From: an uncultured Acidobacteriota bacterium
GTDB taxonomy: Bacteria; Acidobacteriota; Terriglobia; UBA7540
Reading direction: 5' to 3'
Length of the DNA: 64,000 bases
NCBI GenBank assembly: GCA_963804995.1
Contig: CAWDSK010000002.1
Location: 704,001-768,000, forward strand
Shown: piece by piece, positions 62,251-64,000 of the stretch
How the letters are laid out: each line of letters opens with the position of its first letter
Position numbering within the stretch: position 1 is the stretch's first letter
Program-made: the position numbers and the translations under genes
The notes under the pieces: generated by a model
Seen by the model: only the letters and a program-made list of their open reading frames with translations
The model's database searches: none
What the model was told of the DNA's origin: nothing

Positions 62251-62450
62251 GAGTCAGGAGCGAGGAGTTAGGAGCTAGAAGTCAGGAGTCAGGAGACAGA
62301 AGTCAGGAGATAGGAGTGAGAAGCTAGTAGTAACAAGTCAGAAAGTGGTGAGAGGCATTCCACAAACGGGTCGGATACTCAAATACCACCTCCTGACTTC
62401 TGACTCCTAGCTTCTAACTTCTAACTCCTAGCTCCTAACTTCTAACTCCT
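62249..62450. repeat. Inverted heptamer tandem repeats (AGrAGnn / nnCTyCT)
   Basis: About 12 AGGAGTC-type units, then about 8 complementary units, forming a long fold-back inside an operon. Confidence 0.88.
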
Positions 62451-62466
62451 TTCAGAATTAATTGCC

Positions 62467-64000
62467 ATGTCCCTCAAGCGCGTCAACGCGGTGGTAGTAG
62501 GAGCGGGAGCCGGCGGCGGCATTGTCGCCAAGGAGCTTTCCGAAGCCGGCCTATCCGTCGTGTTGCTCGAGCGCGGCAAATGGTACACGGCGGCTGACTG
62601 CCACAAAGACGACCTGCGCAATCAGCGGACCTCCGTGCTGGGCTGCGCGTTTGGTCCTGACGACGAGCGCAATCGCCGCGTGGCGGTGGACGCAAACGGC
62701 AAAGAGCGCGTGGTGGTGCCGAGTGAAGGCGCTTACCAGAACGATGCCGCGTGCGTGGGCGGGGGCACGTTCAGTTACGGCGCCATGGCGTGGCGTTACC
62801 TCGAAAAAGACTTCCGCATGCGCACGACCTACGGCGCCGTGGCAGGCAGCACGCTCGACGACTGGCCCTGGAGCTACCAGGATCTGGAGCCTTACTACAC
62901 CCAGGCGGAATGGGAAATCGGAGTATCGGGCGACGACACGAACAACATTTTCAAGGGACCGCGCAGCCGGCCCTTGCCCATGCCGCCTCCGTTCCCCAGC
63001 CGCGAGCACCTGATTCTGAAGGCCGCCGCCGAGCATCTGAAGCTTCACCCCTTTGATCTTCCCATGCTGCGTAATACGGTTCCCTACAATGGCCGCGGAG
63101 CCTGCATGCGCTGCCGCTGGTGCGTGGGATTTGCCTGCGAAGTGGACGCCAAGTGCGGCACGCACAACACGGTGATCCCGCGCGCGCTCGCGACCGGCAA
63201 TTGCACGCTGCGCACGGAATGCGTGGTGAAGGAAGTCCTGACTGACGGGCAGGACCACGTGACAGGCGTTACCTACTTTGACGAACGCGGGAAACTTCAA
63301 GAGCAACTTGCCGATTTTGTCGTGGTCTCCGCCTCCGCCACGGAAACTCCGCGCCTGCTGCTCAACTCCAAAAGCCGCCTTTTCCCCAATGGCCTGGGCA
63401 ATCGCTACGACTGGGTGGGTCGCAATCTGATGGGCCACGCCTATGCGGGCGCTTACGGGCTGTTTGAGTCTGACACTTACGACGACCTTGGCCCCGGCGC
63501 TTCCATTGCCCTCTGCGATTACAACCACGGAAATCCGGGTCTGGTGGGTGGCGCGATGCTCTGCAACGAATTCATCCGCCTGCCCATTCACTTCGCCGCT
63601 TTGCGCCCACCGGGAGTGCCCACTTGGGGCGCCGCGCACAAGGAATTCATGCGCAAGTTCTTCAATCGCTGCATCGCAGTGCACGGACCGGTGCAGGAAA
63701 TGCCGGTGTTCGATGCGCGCGTGCAGGTTGATCCACGCGTGGTGGATGATTGGGGAATCCCGGTGGCGCGCCTTTCCGGCACGCGGCACCTCCAGGACTT
63801 GGACGTGGCGAATTACATTTCGGGGAAGGCCGACGCCTGGCTGAAAGAAGCGGGCGCCATCACGACTTGGCCCAAGCTTCCCGGCAAGGGTCTGAGCGGC
63901 GGACAACACCAGGCCGGAACCTGCCGCATGGGGAACGATCCCAAGACTTCGGTGGTCGATCGCTATTGCCGCGTGCACGATATGCCGAATCTGTTTGTGG
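62467..64000 (+). CDS. GMC-family flavoprotein oxidoreductase (runs off the window end)
   Basis: VVVGAGAGGG..AKEL..AG..VVLLERG, CVGGGT, DWP.SY.DLEPYY, C..C..C..F.C, LLLNS, VGRNL, HQAGTCRMG. Confidence 0.93.
   Translation, partial: MSLKRVNAVVVGAGAGGGIVAKELSEAGLSVVLLERGKWYTAADCHKDDLRNQRTSVLGCAFGPDDERNRRVAVDANGKERVVVPSEGAYQNDAACVGGGTFSYGAMAWRYLEKDFRMRTTYGAVAGSTLDDWPWSYQDLEPYYTQAEWEIGVSGDDTNNIFKGPRSRPLPMPPPFPSREHLILKAAAEHLKLHPFDLPMLRNTVPYNGRGACMRCRWCVGFACEVDAKCGTHNTVIPRALATGNCTLRTECVVKEVLTDGQDHVTGVTYFDERGKLQEQLADFVVVSASATETPRLLLNSKSRLFPNGLGNRYDWVGRNLMGHAYAGAYGLFESDTYDDLGPGASIALCDYNHGNPGLVGGAMLCNEFIRLPIHFAALRPPGVPTWGAAHKEFMRKFFNRCIAVHGPVQEMPVFDARVQVDPRVVDDWGIPVARLSGTRHLQDLDVANYISGKADAWLKEAGAITTWPKLPGKGLSGGQHQAGTCRMGNDPKTSVVDRYCRVHDMPNLFV

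Noticed and set aside
62551..63978. 475-aa minus-strand ORF
   Set aside because: Antisense to the GMC oxidoreductase, which the ORF track missed because it has no stop inside the window.

Overview
GC-rich bacterial chromosome segment, most consistent with Acidobacteriota; this is inferred from the TPR-ispE-tRNA-Gln-prs-rplY-pth-rpsF-rpsR-rplI-dnaB-alr gene order and the protein styles. 0.4-18 kb is a flagellar/chemotaxis region: an outer-membrane porin, cheW, an unusual cheA with MshEN-like and CZB domains, fliS, fliD, flaG, a large fliC, a TPR-glycosyltransferase, flbD-motAB, an HDOD protein and an RsbW/STAS pair. It also has sigma-28 promoters and a group II intron DV/DVI relic. 18-28 kb is accessory: an unknown 'ANRxN..S.GP.T.EGK..HG' protein that ends inside an array of AT-rich ~33-bp motifs interrupted by a complete IS630, a 53-56-aa repeat ORF, BrnTA, HNH and HEPN-like genes, and nested REP-like palindromes. 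29-50 kb is core: the translation/replication cluster, a his operon with a His leader-peptide attenuator, eno and sppA. 50-64 kb holds toxin-antitoxin relics, an IS701-like element with an AbrB-like ORF and an A8 slip site, and Tat-exported oxidoreductases and amidohydrolases. Many genes carry single-base frameshifts that are probably sequencing or assembly errors. All calls are from reading the sequence; no searches were run.
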